64,000 nucleotides of DNA, from NCBI GenBank assembly GCA_041660105.1, contig JBAZWZ010000003.1, positions 25,527 to 89,526 on the forward strand. Direction: 5' to 3'. Below, one piece after another: positions 29,532 through 38,560 of this stretch. Position numbers and translations under genes: made by a program. The number at the start of each line of letters is the position of its first letter. The stretch's first letter is position 1. The stretch comes from Minisyncoccota bacterium. Lineage in GTDB: Bacteria; Patescibacteriota; Minisyncoccia; Phycocordibacterales; UBA1550. The notes under the pieces are model-generated. The model searched no databases. It saw nothing but the letters and a program-made list of their open reading frames with translations, and was not told the DNA's origin.

Positions 29532-29786
29532 CTATTCCAGGTCCTCGAGATAGCACGTAACGATTTCAACTCCGCTTTTTGCCAAAACCTCTCGAGATGC
29601 TTGATCGTCAGTCTCTAAACAAGGTGGAAGATCCTTCTTTTTGATAATTGAAACACCTTGACCCTCGAATGCGTGGAGAGAAGGTTCCTCCCCCTCATGT
29701 GTTTTGGCGTAAGAGTGAGGGGTTTCGTTGTCAGAGTTGCGTGATGCGGTGACAATAATACCGTTTGCTTCATCAGATAAATTCAT
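29532..29786 (-). CDS. Hypothetical protein
   Basis: Short ORF divergent from the Xer gene; no recognisable motif. Confidence 0.4.
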   Translation of the reverse strand: MNLSDEANGIIVTASRNSDNETPHSYAKTHEGEEPSLHAFEGQGVSIIKKKDLPPCLETDDQASREVLAKSGVEIVTCYLEDLE

Positions 29787-29825
29787 AATAGGAATTTTAA
29801 CGTAAAATATTTCGAATGTCCATAA

Positions 29826-29892
29826 GATTATAGTATAGCGCGCGCAGGGCTCGATGCTTCGCATCGAGCCCTGCGCGCGCTATACTATAATC
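29826..29892. promoter_or_regulatory. Perfect 32-bp-arm hairpin carrying TATACT/TATAAT on both strands, abutting the recombinase ATG
   Basis: GATTATAGTATAGCGCGCGCAGGGCTCGATGC-TTC-reverse complement. Confidence 0.75.
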
Positions 29893-30828
29893 ATGTCGCA
29901 CAATATTCCTCAAACCTCCCTCGGCAATTACGCACGACAGTATCTCGAATACTTGGAGATTGAGCGCGGGCGAAGCCTGAAGACTATCGAGAACTATGAG
30001 CGCTACCTCACGCGCTTCCTCACTGCGAGTGGGGCGAAGGAGCCAAGCGATGTTACTGATGATCTCATTCGTACTTTCCGTCTCTGGCTCAACAGACAAG
30101 AGTCAGGAGTACGTGAGGGCCGCCATGAAACACTCAAAAAGAAAACTCAAAACTATTACTTGATTGCTATTCGCAGTTTTCTCAAATATTTGCGCAAGCG
30201 TGGTGTTGAGTCGTATTCGCCTGAGAAGATTGAGCTTGCGAAAGTTGCCGAGCGCACTATCGACCTGCTGAGTGTTCAAGACCTCCATCGCCTCCTCGCA
30301 GCACCAAGTGGCGACTCCGTGAAAGAGTTCCGTGATAAGGCAATCCTCGAACTCTTTTTCTCGACAGGGCTTCGTCTTTCTGAGCTCTGTGCACTCCAGC
30401 GTGATATTGATCTTACCCGCGATGAAATATCCGTGCGTGGTAAAGGTGAAAAGGTCCGTGTGGTGTTTCTCTCGGATGAAGCAAAGACTGCCATTGCTGC
30501 CTATTTGAAAAAGAGAAAAGATATGGACGATGCGCTCTTTGCAAGTGATAAGGCCCGCGCAGATGGCTCGCTTCGTCTCACTCCCCGCTCAATAGAGCGT
30601 ATGGTGAAACACTATGCCGCAAAGGCGGGAATCATGGACAAAGTAACGCCCCACATCTTGCGCCACTCGTTTGCAACCGACCTTCTTTATAACGGCGCCG
30701 ATATTCGCTCGGTGCAAATAATGCTCGGTCATTCAAATATTTCCACAACACAGATATATACGCACGTGACGGATAGTGAACTGAGAAACGTACACAAAAA
30801 GTTTCACGGGAAGAGCAGAGAGGAATAA
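29893..30828 (+). CDS. XerC/XerD-family tyrosine recombinase
   Basis: TGLRLSEL, GKGEK.R, HILRHSFAT, LGHSNISTTQIY. Confidence 0.92.
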   Translation: MSHNIPQTSLGNYARQYLEYLEIERGRSLKTIENYERYLTRFLTASGAKEPSDVTDDLIRTFRLWLNRQESGVREGRHETLKKKTQNYYLIAIRSFLKYLRKRGVESYSPEKIELAKVAERTIDLLSVQDLHRLLAAPSGDSVKEFRDKAILELFFSTGLRLSELCALQRDIDLTRDEISVRGKGEKVRVVFLSDEAKTAIAAYLKKRKDMDDALFASDKARADGSLRLTPRSIERMVKHYAAKAGIMDKVTPHILRHSFATDLLYNGADIRSVQIMLGHSNISTTQIYTHVTDSELRNVHKKFHGKSREE

Positions 30829-30862
30829 AGAAAAAAGCGACACCTTACGGTGTCGCTTTGCT

Positions 30863-31075
30863 TTAGTGTTTGATCGAGCAATTGTAGATGCTCGCAACTT
30901 CTTGTTGTGGTGCTTGGCGGTGTGTTTGGAAATGCTCAGTGACCGCTTTGGTGTGATTCAAGTCGTACACGCTTCCGCTTTGAAGATGCAGAGGAAGTTG
31001 TTGAGACTTTTGCTTCGTCGCAACAGCTTCAACCTCCTGACGTCGTGAAAGATCGTAGATGCTAACGGGTTTCAT
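30863..31075 (-). CDS. Hypothetical protein
   Basis: GGAGG SD; overlaps the upstream ORF stop; terminator at about 30833-30860. Confidence 0.4.
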   Translation of the reverse strand: MKPVSIYDLSRRQEVEAVATKQKSQQLPLHLQSGSVYDLNHTKAVTEHFQTHRQAPQQEVASIYNCSIKH

Positions 31076-31298
31076 TTGAACCTCCTTCGGTCTGAGTTCT
31101 TAGCTTCTCGGACATCTCCGCGACAAGCACTCGCTTCTTTTGAATTTTGTCATCAAGTACAATGAGATCTTTGTTGAAGTGCTCGATTTCCGTATTGATC
31201 ACCCTCTTCTGTGCTTCAAACGAAACGATCCAAAGCTCTTCCTGCACGATAGCTTCACGAGTAGCTTGGAGTGAATCTACTTCTTGAGTGTTACTCAT
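31062..31298 (-). CDS. Hypothetical coiled-coil protein
   Basis: AAGGAG SD; heptad pattern. Confidence 0.55.
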   Translation of the reverse strand: MSNTQEVDSLQATREAIVQEELWIVSFEAQKRVINTEIEHFNKDLIVLDDKIQKKRVLVAEMSEKLRTQTEGGSNETR

Positions 31299-31386
31299 TA
31301 TAGCTCCTTTTTGTGGGATTGAATAATTAACACAACAGTGTTTCTTTCTTCACCCTACTCTTTTTCCTCATTTTTGCAAACTTCTG

Positions 31387-31500
31387 TATACCCCCACACC
31401 TACTTTTAACGCAAACAATTTTGTGAAACATTGAATGCACTATTAGTTATCTTGATTTGTGTATCATAATGACTTTAGTAAAAGTAGGTGTGGGGGTATA
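31387..31500. mobile_element. MITE-like element, same 21-bp TIR, unrelated interior
   Basis: TATACCCCCACACCTACTTTTA ... TAAAAGTAGGTGTGGGGGTATA; 114 bp. Confidence 0.8.
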
Positions 31501-31510
31501 CTATATGTAT

Positions 31511-32278
31511 ATGAGAATTATCTCCTGGAACGTAAACGGACTCCGCGCTATTCATAAGAAAGGCAACTTTACTGACATCCTGAAGAAGGATGCGGATATT
31601 CTCTGTCTGCAGGAAACAAAAGTAGAAGCAGAGCAGCTTCCTGAGGAAGTGCGCGCGCCAAAAGGTTATCATGCATATTTTTCTCACTCGAAATTGCGCA
31701 AAGGATATAGTGGTGTAGCTGTGTATACAAAGGAAAAGCCAGAGAAAGTAGAAGAAGGTCTCGGTCTAAAGGACATGGATCAAGAGGGTCGACTTCTTGT
31801 CCTTTACTTCAAGGACTTTGTCCTTTTGAATTGCTACTTCCCAAACGGAGGTGGTGGTCCAGCGCGTCTCAAGTTTAAGCTTGATTATTACGACGCATTT
31901 CTAAGTTTCACTGAGAAGCTACGAAACAAAGGCCACAAGGTCATCATCTGTGGTGACGTGAACACTGCTCACGAGGAGATAGACCTCGCGCGCCCAAAAG
32001 AAAATGAGAGCAACACCGGTTTCCTCCCTGAAGAACGCGCGTGGCTCGATGAGCTTATCAATCACGGCTACCTAGATATCTTCCGCGAGCTTCATCCGAC
32101 AAAAGCCGGAGCTTACACCTATTGGGATATGAAGTCTGCTGCGCGTGACCGCAATGTCGGCTGGCGTATTGATTATTTCTTCATCACTCCAGACCTGCTC
32201 CCTCGTGTGAAACAAGCCACGATTGCGTCGGATTTTTATGGTTCCGATCACTGTCCTATTCTATTAGAATTAAAGTGA
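31511..32278 (+). CDS. xth: Exodeoxyribonuclease III (AP endonuclease)
   Basis: SWNVNGLRA, LQETK, GDVNTAH, GWRIDY, SDHCP. Confidence 0.95.
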   Translation: MRIISWNVNGLRAIHKKGNFTDILKKDADILCLQETKVEAEQLPEEVRAPKGYHAYFSHSKLRKGYSGVAVYTKEKPEKVEEGLGLKDMDQEGRLLVLYFKDFVLLNCYFPNGGGGPARLKFKLDYYDAFLSFTEKLRNKGHKVIICGDVNTAHEEIDLARPKENESNTGFLPEERAWLDELINHGYLDIFRELHPTKAGAYTYWDMKSAARDRNVGWRIDYFFITPDLLPRVKQATIASDFYGSDHCPILLELK

Positions 32279-32334
32279 TTGACTTTGTATGATAATTTAG
32301 TATGATAATATCATACAAATAATAATTTAAATAT

Positions 32335-32553
32335 ATGTCCACAATATCAGTCCCCCTTCCACCTGAACTCGAGAAGTTCATAAATAACCAGATAAAAAGT
32401 GGCAACGCAGCAAACAAAGCTGACGTAGTTCGTCGTGCGCTCGTTCGTTTCGCAGAAGATGAGGCGGTGCGTGATGTGCTCGAGGCGTCTCAAGAAGTAA
32501 AAGACGGCAAGGTTCTGCGTGGAGACCTGCGCGAGCTTGCGAAAAAAATATAG
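32335..32553 (+). CDS. Ribbon-helix-helix antitoxin (ParD-like)
   Basis: ISVPLP.ELEKFI...SG...NKADVVRRAL; upstream inverted repeat TTGTATGATA..TATCATACAA. Confidence 0.75.
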   Translation: MSTISVPLPPELEKFINNQIKSGNAANKADVVRRALVRFAEDEAVRDVLEASQEVKDGKVLRGDLRELAKKI

Positions 32554-32555
32554 AT

Positions 32556-32822
32556 ATGAAAGTCGCCTACACTCCTAGATTTCTAAGGTTGTATAAAAAG
32601 TTACCCGCTGGGTTACAAGATGAAGTCATTGAAAAAATTGAGCAATTTAAAGATATACGCAATCATCAGCGGCTAGAAGTGCATAAGCTAAAAGGAAGAC
32701 TAAAGAAGTTCTACGGTTTCTCGGTTGATTATCAAAACCGTATTATTTATGAGTACATGTCAGATAATGAAGTAGCCCTCTTGGCCGTCGGCGACCATAA
32801 AATTTACGATTTGTTTTTGTAG
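32556..32822 (+). CDS. RelE/ParE-superfamily toxin
   Basis: YTPRFLRLYKKL, HKLKG, RIIY, VGDH.IY. Confidence 0.85.
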   Translation: MKVAYTPRFLRLYKKLPAGLQDEVIEKIEQFKDIRNHQRLEVHKLKGRLKKFYGFSVDYQNRIIYEYMSDNEVALLAVGDHKIYDLFL

Positions 32823-32900
32823 GTATGGTTGCTTTTGAAATTTCCTCGTAAACTAGCTTCGGCTAAAACACAAATGCCTCGGTTCACCCCGAGGCATTTT

Positions 32901-33425
32901 TTATTTTTCAATTGTTTCCTTAAAATCAATTCGCAAATGTCTTTTTGCTTCAGGTAATTTGTCTTTCCAGAGTAAATAACTTTTGTTCCATTGCTCATAA
33001 GAATCCTTGTTTGCCCCTACCTCTTGGGAAACAATAGATGAATTCAAGTTAGCCAATATCTCATTAGAGAGGTTAATAATGGACTGAATTTCTTGAGCAG
33101 AATCTTCGTCTAGGATGATTTCATTCTCCCAAAAATAGTTTTGTAATTCAAAAAATCTATCATATGCATTTTTAATCTCCTCTCTCTTGCTCTCTGGTAG
33201 TCCATGCCCCTTCACTAATATGTATTTATTTAACTCTACTTCTAGTGGTATTACCATGCGGTATATTTCTGTAAGCACTACGAGTTTTTTATCTAACAAC
33301 TTTTCGTAAGTATATCTTCGCTTCGCGAGCAAAAAAGTCAGCAATCCAACAGCTAGCGGAGATAGAATGCTAATTATAATAGGTAAGTCAATTAAGCTAT
33401 TTTCAACAAATTTAATTTCAATCAT
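32901..33425 (-). CDS. Hypothetical protein with N-terminal TM helix
   Basis: AT-rich 174 aa ORF directly downstream of cca. Confidence 0.6.
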   Translation of the reverse strand: MIEIKFVENSLIDLPIIISILSPLAVGLLTFLLAKRRYTYEKLLDKKLVVLTEIYRMVIPLEVELNKYILVKGHGLPESKREEIKNAYDRFFELQNYFWENEIILDEDSAQEIQSIINLSNEILANLNSSIVSQEVGANKDSYEQWNKSYLLWKDKLPEAKRHLRIDFKETIEK

Positions 33426-33427
33426 AA

Positions 33428-34918
33428 TTATTTGACCCCGTGTCGCTTTCGGATTACTTCTAATTCCTTTTCTTCCTCCTCTTCTTTTTTCTCCTTCCCT
33501 TCTTCCCCGAGTTTTTTTAATTCTTCAATTGGAAGCTTCGCGAGCTCGAGTGTGCGTTTCACGAGAAACTCTTCGGTGTTGCGCTCGGGATCATCGAGTA
33601 CTTCTTCGAGGAGTGCATGAAGAATGAATCCAAGTTTTGGTCCCGGCGTTTCACGAGTAACCTCCATAATCTTTTGTCCATCAATCTTGAGCATCGCGAC
33701 TGACACCGGTGCGCGCATTGCTTCTTCAATCATTGACTCATATTTGCGGAGACGATACGGCGCTTCCTTGGGACGACCCATACCGATACGATCACATGCA
33801 CGCACTTTCATAAGGTCCCACACATTCTCGGGGCCAACATTTTTTACAATACGACGCACTGCGGAGAGTGTAATCTTTTCAATGTCAGAGAAGAACAAAT
33901 GATAACGCACAAGCGCTGATGCAACATCGACAACTTTCTTTGGATACTTGAGGTTCTCAAGAGCTTTCTTTGTCACACGACCGCCGACAACATCGTGCCC
34001 ATAGAACGTCCAGTTATTCTTTTCGTCAGACCAACGACGTGTTTCTGGTTTTGAAACATCGTGAAACAAAGCACCGAGGCGCACAGGGAGTGGCCACTCA
34101 CGATCAGCAGAGTGTTGGAGTGCGCGAAGGTTGTGTTCCCAGACGGTATAAATATGGTCACCATTTTGTTCCACACCTATTCCCCTCTCGAGATCTGGAG
34201 CAATATATTTGAGGAGTCCAAACTTCTGGCACATAACGACGCCAACCATAGGATTCTTGGTCATCACCATTTTGGTAAATTCGTCACGGATGCGCTCCTT
34301 TGATATATGCTTCAAGTCGTCCGCTTTTTCAATGATTGCGTTCATTGTTTCGACTTCTATCGTGAAACCAAGGTCAGTAGCGAGGCGCACCGCGCGGAGG
34401 ATACGGAGAGCATCTTCATTGAAACGGTCCTGTGGATGACCTACTGTCCTTAAGACTTTGTCCTTAATGTCCTTTATGCCGTCAAAAATGTCCGTTAGAT
34501 GTCCTTTAGATTCATCATACGCAATAGCATTGATGGTGAAGTCACGGCGCTTCAAGTCTTCCTCGAGTGTTGCGTGAAACGAAACACTGTCGGGGCGGCG
34601 TTTATCGGTATATATTCCCTCTGTGCGATATGGCGTAACCTCAACAACCTTCAATGTTTCATCGTCTGTTTCATTCACGATACCAACAGTGCCATAATCG
34701 TTCTCATAAAAGGAATCTTCAAAAAGCGCCTGAATCTCTTCCGGCTTTGCATTGGTTGTGATATCCCAGTCTTTAGGCTTACTCCCCTGCAGGATGTCAC
34801 GTACGCAGCCACCAACGAGATACGCCTCGTGGCCGGTAGCACGTAACGTTTTTGTTACATGTGAAACCTCGGGAGGGATTTCGAAAGAAAAACTCGCTTT
34901 TTTAGAAGATAGAATCAT
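33428..34918 (-). CDS. cca: CCA tRNA nucleotidyltransferase with HD domain
   Basis: VGGCVRD, DWDIT, RRDFTINA, EDALRILR, HDV.K. Confidence 0.92.
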   Translation of the reverse strand: MILSSKKASFSFEIPPEVSHVTKTLRATGHEAYLVGGCVRDILQGSKPKDWDITTNAKPEEIQALFEDSFYENDYGTVGIVNETDDETLKVVEVTPYRTEGIYTDKRRPDSVSFHATLEEDLKRRDFTINAIAYDESKGHLTDIFDGIKDIKDKVLRTVGHPQDRFNEDALRILRAVRLATDLGFTIEVETMNAIIEKADDLKHISKERIRDEFTKMVMTKNPMVGVVMCQKFGLLKYIAPDLERGIGVEQNGDHIYTVWEHNLRALQHSADREWPLPVRLGALFHDVSKPETRRWSDEKNNWTFYGHDVVGGRVTKKALENLKYPKKVVDVASALVRYHLFFSDIEKITLSAVRRIVKNVGPENVWDLMKVRACDRIGMGRPKEAPYRLRKYESMIEEAMRAPVSVAMLKIDGQKIMEVTRETPGPKLGFILHALLEEVLDDPERNTEEFLVKRTLELAKLPIEELKKLGEEGKEKKEEEEEKELEVIRKRHGVK

Positions 34919-34981
34919 TTATAAATAGTTTAGTGCATTTTTGGTATTTTTACCAATTCGCGGTATGCTCATAGATATCCT

Positions 34982-35054
34982 GCGCTCGTGGCTCAATGGA
35001 TAGAGCACTTGGCTTCGAACCAAGGGGTTGGGGGTTCGATTCCCTCCGAGCGCA
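34982..35054 (+). tRNA. tRNA-Arg(TCG), no encoded CCA
   Basis: GCGCTCG/CGAGCGC acceptor; CTTGG-ctTCGaa-CCAAG; GTTCGATTC. Confidence 0.95.
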
Positions 35055-35058
35055 CAAA

Positions 35059-35391
35059 ATGAAGGTTCATATAATGAATTTAAACCTCATTGCCTTTGAG
35101 CAGGTTGTGAATAGGGTAAAGGCAATCGAGACGAGGCTTTATGATGAAAAAAGGAAATCAATAAATATTGGGGACGCTATTACCTTTTGGTGCAACAATG
35201 AGAAGATCAACGTAATAGTTACTGACCTCCTGAAGTATAAGAGATTTGAAGATTTGTTTACCGATAATGACCTTAATCTTTTTGGTGGCACTTCTTTAGA
35301 TGACCTAATGACTATTTACAAATACTATTCAAAAGAAGACGAAGCGAAGTATGGGGTTCTTGGAATAAAATTTAAACTATTGCAAAAATGA
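35059..35391 (+). CDS. ASCH domain protein
   Basis: K.IETRLYDEKR..INIGD.I.F; YYSKEDEAKYGVLGI. Confidence 0.85.
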   Translation: MKVHIMNLNLIAFEQVVNRVKAIETRLYDEKRKSINIGDAITFWCNNEKINVIVTDLLKYKRFEDLFTDNDLNLFGGTSLDDLMTIYKYYSKEDEAKYGVLGIKFKLLQK

Positions 35392-35506
35392 CCGTATAAC
35401 AAAGAGTGTTTCCCGTGTAACACCCTCCCCTCTTCCAAAAAGTTAAAAAATCTGTATACTAGGAATTGTTATATTACTTGCCGAAAGGCAGACAAAATAT
35501 ACAAAT

Positions 35507-35577
35507 GCGGGTATGGTTTAATGGTAGAATATTACCTTGCCAAGGTAGAGATCGGAGTTCGATTCTCCGTACCCGCA
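35507..35577 (+). tRNA. tRNA-Gly(GCC), no encoded CCA
   Basis: GCGGGTA/TACCCGC acceptor; ttGCCaa loop; GTTCGATTC. Confidence 0.95.
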
Positions 35578-35796
35578 CAAAACGTAAAGAAAAACAGTGC
35601 CTGCGCGCTGTTTTTCAGTTTTGTGAACCGCAGTGATGTTTTGCGAGCACGCAAAACCACGAGGTGGGGCCGGCAAACACTTACGTCTATGATGATGTAT
35701 TCATCAGAAGAGACTTAGTGATTTGTGGACAGGCAAACTTTGCGCGCATAGCGCTCGACCTATATCTTCCTCGTGACCGAGAGCCGTACCCGCACA
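35578..35796. other. tRNA-Gly-associated structured element, copy A
   Basis: Ends CTCGTGACCGAGAG + CCGTACCCGCACA (13-bp repeat of the tRNA 3' end); architecture shared with 40844-41040. Confidence 0.6.
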
Positions 35797-35923
35797 TCGA
35801 ACAAATTATTATACTCAATCGAAATTTAATACTGTATTTCTCTCAAGATGAGCGCACCCTTACTTTTACTATTTGTAAGTGTACAGTTTAATTAGATCTG
35901 AAAACTAGCTAAAGGAGGAGAGA

Positions 35924-36337
35924 ATGAGCAAAATTAAAGAGTTAGACCTCAGGCTCGCTGCGGCAATCAGTGATTACAATGCAGAGTGTGCGGAAATTCA
36001 TAATGAAAAAGTTTTGCTAATCAGGAAAGCTGTCATCAAATGTTCATATTGTGAAAAAGGAAGTCGATTAGGCAAATGGGATTTCATTCAGAAATATTGG
36101 AGACCACTACCAAGTGTAGTTGTGTACACGTACAAACAATATCCAGATTTGAATTGCCAGATCGTTTGCCCACTTTGTAATGCAAGAAATACTATCTTTA
36201 GTCACAGACAACAAAAACAACTTTCTCGATTACTTGGACATCCCGAGATAAAAAGAGAAGAAATATTTAACACAGTCTGGGAACAGTTCGGAGACGAGAA
36301 ACTAAAAAAGGTATTTCGGTTACTTGAATTAAACTGA
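35924..36337 (+). CDS. Hypothetical protein with two CxxC motifs (Zn-binding)
   Basis: AAGGAGG SD; CSYC, CPLC; terminator at about 36349-36371. Confidence 0.65.
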   Translation: MSKIKELDLRLAAAISDYNAECAEIHNEKVLLIRKAVIKCSYCEKGSRLGKWDFIQKYWRPLPSVVVYTYKQYPDLNCQIVCPLCNARNTIFSHRQQKQLSRLLGHPEIKREEIFNTVWEQFGDEKLKKVFRLLELN

Positions 36338-36418
36338 TTCCGCACAAATAGCCGAGAAATACTCGGCTTTTTCATTACCATATTTTCTATCGGACACTCA
36401 TTTTACTTGTAAAGGACA

Positions 36419-36680
36419 TTATCCCTCAGAGAGCACTGTTTTGACACACTGTGTCAACGGCTGAAATCGGAAAAATATGGGGATAATTCCAAAAAACTGT
36501 GGATAACTGTGTGGATAGTGTTGATAAAGGACATATAAACAAGTGTTAATCGACACAGATTTATCAAGGACAAATTGGGAGATTCTGCAAAATCCTTGAT
36601 AAATATAGATATTTTGAAAAAGTAGAGAAAATAGGCCTAAAATAGCCGAAAATTCATTAAATCCTTTCACGTGAAACCTT
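36419..36680. promoter_or_regulatory. Probable oriC: DnaA-box cluster with AT-rich flank and parS
   Basis: TGGGGATAA 36478, TGTGGATAA 36498, TGTGGATAG 36510, TGTTGATAA 36519; intergenic; inside the parS cluster. Confidence 0.6.
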
Positions 36681-36732
36681 TCTGGAAGAAATTTTGGTTA
36701 TTCATGAAACAATTATGTATACTAAAGGTGAA

Positions 36733-37233
36733 ATGGCGAAACCAACGATAAAGCAAAATGTGGGGCGTTTGGGGGAGGATATTGCTATAAAACACTTAGA
36801 AAATAAGGGTTTTACGATAATTTGCCTAAATTATCGTAAAAAGTGCGGGGAAATCGATATTATTGCCAAAAAGCGGGAAATTACCCATTTTATTGAGGTA
36901 AAAAGTGTCTCACTGCATCCAGGATGTGAATTTGCTAATTCAGAAACGCCCAAGGAATTTAAGCAGAATACCTTTGATTCCCATAGGTTAAACCTATGTA
37001 GTGTTGCTGGGTCAGCAGAGCCACGTCTTGGGCGCAGTGTAACAGACAAATACAGGCCTGAGGACAATATTCACCCGACTAAACTAAAGAGGCTGGCACG
37101 CACGATACAGCTGTATTTATACGAAAAACACGCAAAAGGTGTGCCAGAATGGCAGTTTGACGTGATTACGGTGAAAATGGATGTAATAACTAAGCAGGCT
37201 AGGGTGGAATTTCTGGAGAATATTATCATTTAG
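36733..37233 (+). CDS. yraN: YraN-family (UPF0102) nuclease-fold protein carrying a 41-aa in-frame insertion
   Basis: GRLGEDIA..HL...GF.I...NYR...GEIDII...FIEVK; FDVI. Confidence 0.85.
   Translation: MAKPTIKQNVGRLGEDIAIKHLENKGFTIICLNYRKKCGEIDIIAKKREITHFIEVKSVSLHPGCEFANSETPKEFKQNTFDSHRLNLCSVAGSAEPRLGRSVTDKYRPEDNIHPTKLKRLARTIQLYLYEKHAKGVPEWQFDVITVKMDVITKQARVEFLENIII
36914..37036. mobile_element. 123-bp inverted-repeat element inserted at the centre of a parS palindrome
   Basis: TGTCTCAC|TGCATCCAGGATGTG...CACGTCTTGGGCGCA|GTGTAACA. Confidence 0.75.
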
Positions 37234-37304
37234 CTTCAAAGTCTCTTCGCAAAATTAGATAGATGTGCTATCATTCTTTTAAGTTTCGCAGTCGAAATTC
37301 TTGT

Positions 37305-37375
37305 CGGGGTGTAGTATATCGGTAGTACGTCTGCTTTGGGAGCAGATAGGCCGAGTTCGATTCTCGGCACCCCGA
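37305..37375 (+). tRNA. tRNA-Pro(TGG), no encoded CCA
   Basis: CGGGGTG/CACCCCG acceptor; TCTGC-ttTGGga-GCAGA. Confidence 0.95.
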
Positions 37376-37410
37376 CAAGGATTTTGACCCACTGCCCGTA
37401 TGGGCGTTAC

Positions 37411-38478
37411 ATGAGTAATATAGAAAAACCTAGTGAACAATTAGTTTATGGCCGAGCCACGAATCAGCTGATTCGCAAGCGCGAGCCTGGCTTTGTTTCG
37501 GTTATCGCAGCACTTACGGGGAATTTTATTATAACCCTCCTAAAAGCCTTTGGTTTTATGGTTTCTGGGTCAAGCGCCCTCTTTTCTGAAGCAGTGCACA
37601 GCCTTGCGGATACTGCCAATCAATCGCTTCTCCTTGTGGGTATCGTAAAAAGTCGTCGGGCGCCCGATGAGGAATCTTCGTACGGATACGGACTAGAACG
37701 CTTCTTTTGGGCCCTCATTTCTGCCTGCGGAGTATTCTTTGTTGGTGCGGGAGTGACGATTTATCACGGTGTCGACACTCTATTGCATCCAAACCACCTA
37801 GAGTTTGCCCCGATTATCTTTTTGATCCTCGCAGTGTCGTTTATTGTCGAATCAGGGACATTTATCGTTGCATTTCGAGAGTTGTGGAGGGAGCAAGGGG
37901 AAGGAGTCAAGATTATGGATATTTTTACAGAAGGGGACCCGACGGTTCTTGCGGTTGTTTATGAGGACGGGGTGGCGGTATTTGGCGTATTTCTCGCAGC
38001 AGTATCAGTCGGTCTGACCTATATCACGGGCAATCCTATTTGGGACTCAATTGGTTCTATTTTTATTGGTATTCTGCTCGCTTGGGTGGCGGTTGTTTTG
38101 ATATTGAAAAACAAGCGATATTTGGTTGAAAAGTCGATTCCTGAGGAAATTAAGGAAAGAATAATTGAAATTCTGGTGGCTGATCCTATGATTGAGCGTG
38201 TGTTTGACTTCAAGTCATCGACTGTTGAGCTTGGGAAATATAGGGCAAAGTGCGAGGTGGAGGTCAATGGGACCGCACTCTTTAAGGAAGTTTCAAATGG
38301 CGTAATGCTCAAAGAAGATTATGAGACAGTAAAAGAGGACTATCAGGAGTTTGTTCGTTTCTGTGTTGAATACACCGACCGCGTGCCACGTGTGATCGGA
38401 ACCCGCATAGACGAGCTCGAGGAACGTATTAAAAAGGAGATTCCAGCCGTTCGCCATATAGATATTGAGATTAATTAG
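37411..38478 (+). CDS. Cation diffusion facilitator (CDF) transporter
   Basis: SEAVHSLADT.NQ, YGYGLERFFW, VYED; start ATG 37411. Confidence 0.9.
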   Translation: MSNIEKPSEQLVYGRATNQLIRKREPGFVSVIAALTGNFIITLLKAFGFMVSGSSALFSEAVHSLADTANQSLLLVGIVKSRRAPDEESSYGYGLERFFWALISACGVFFVGAGVTIYHGVDTLLHPNHLEFAPIIFLILAVSFIVESGTFIVAFRELWREQGEGVKIMDIFTEGDPTVLAVVYEDGVAVFGVFLAAVSVGLTYITGNPIWDSIGSIFIGILLAWVAVVLILKNKRYLVEKSIPEEIKERIIEILVADPMIERVFDFKSSTVELGKYRAKCEVEVNGTALFKEVSNGVMLKEDYETVKEDYQEFVRFCVEYTDRVPRVIGTRIDELEERIKKEIPAVRHIDIEIN

Positions 38479-38484
38479 TTTCAC

Positions 38485-38560
38485 TGCGCCCAAGAGTCTG
38501 CGCCCAAGACGTGAATTTGGTAATTCAGAACCTGCTGGTTCGGGATTTGCTAATTCAGGG
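38485..38560. mobile_element. Partial copy (left end, internally duplicated) of the parS-centred element
   Basis: GTTTCAC|TGCGCCCAAGA gtc TGCGCCCAAGACGTGAATTTGGTAATTCAGAA; ATTTGCTAATTCAG repeated. Confidence 0.65.

Noticed and set aside
29893-31298. Prophage or integrative element around the tyrosine recombinase
   Set aside because: The protein looks like a housekeeping Xer; no phage genes or att pair seen
36733-37233. yraN as a pseudogene
   Set aside because: The insertion is 123 bp, in frame and stop-free; the motifs are intact
34996-37410. ORF-track starts at 34996, 35521 and 37336
   Set aside because: They overlap tRNA genes; real CDS starts are 35059 and 37411, and the ORFs at 35521 and 35664 are likely spurious
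38485-38513. Group II intron 5' end (TGCGCCCA...)
   Set aside because: Preceded by C rather than G (no GUGYG); no domain V or RT ORF; the sequence behaves as a TIR in the yraN copy
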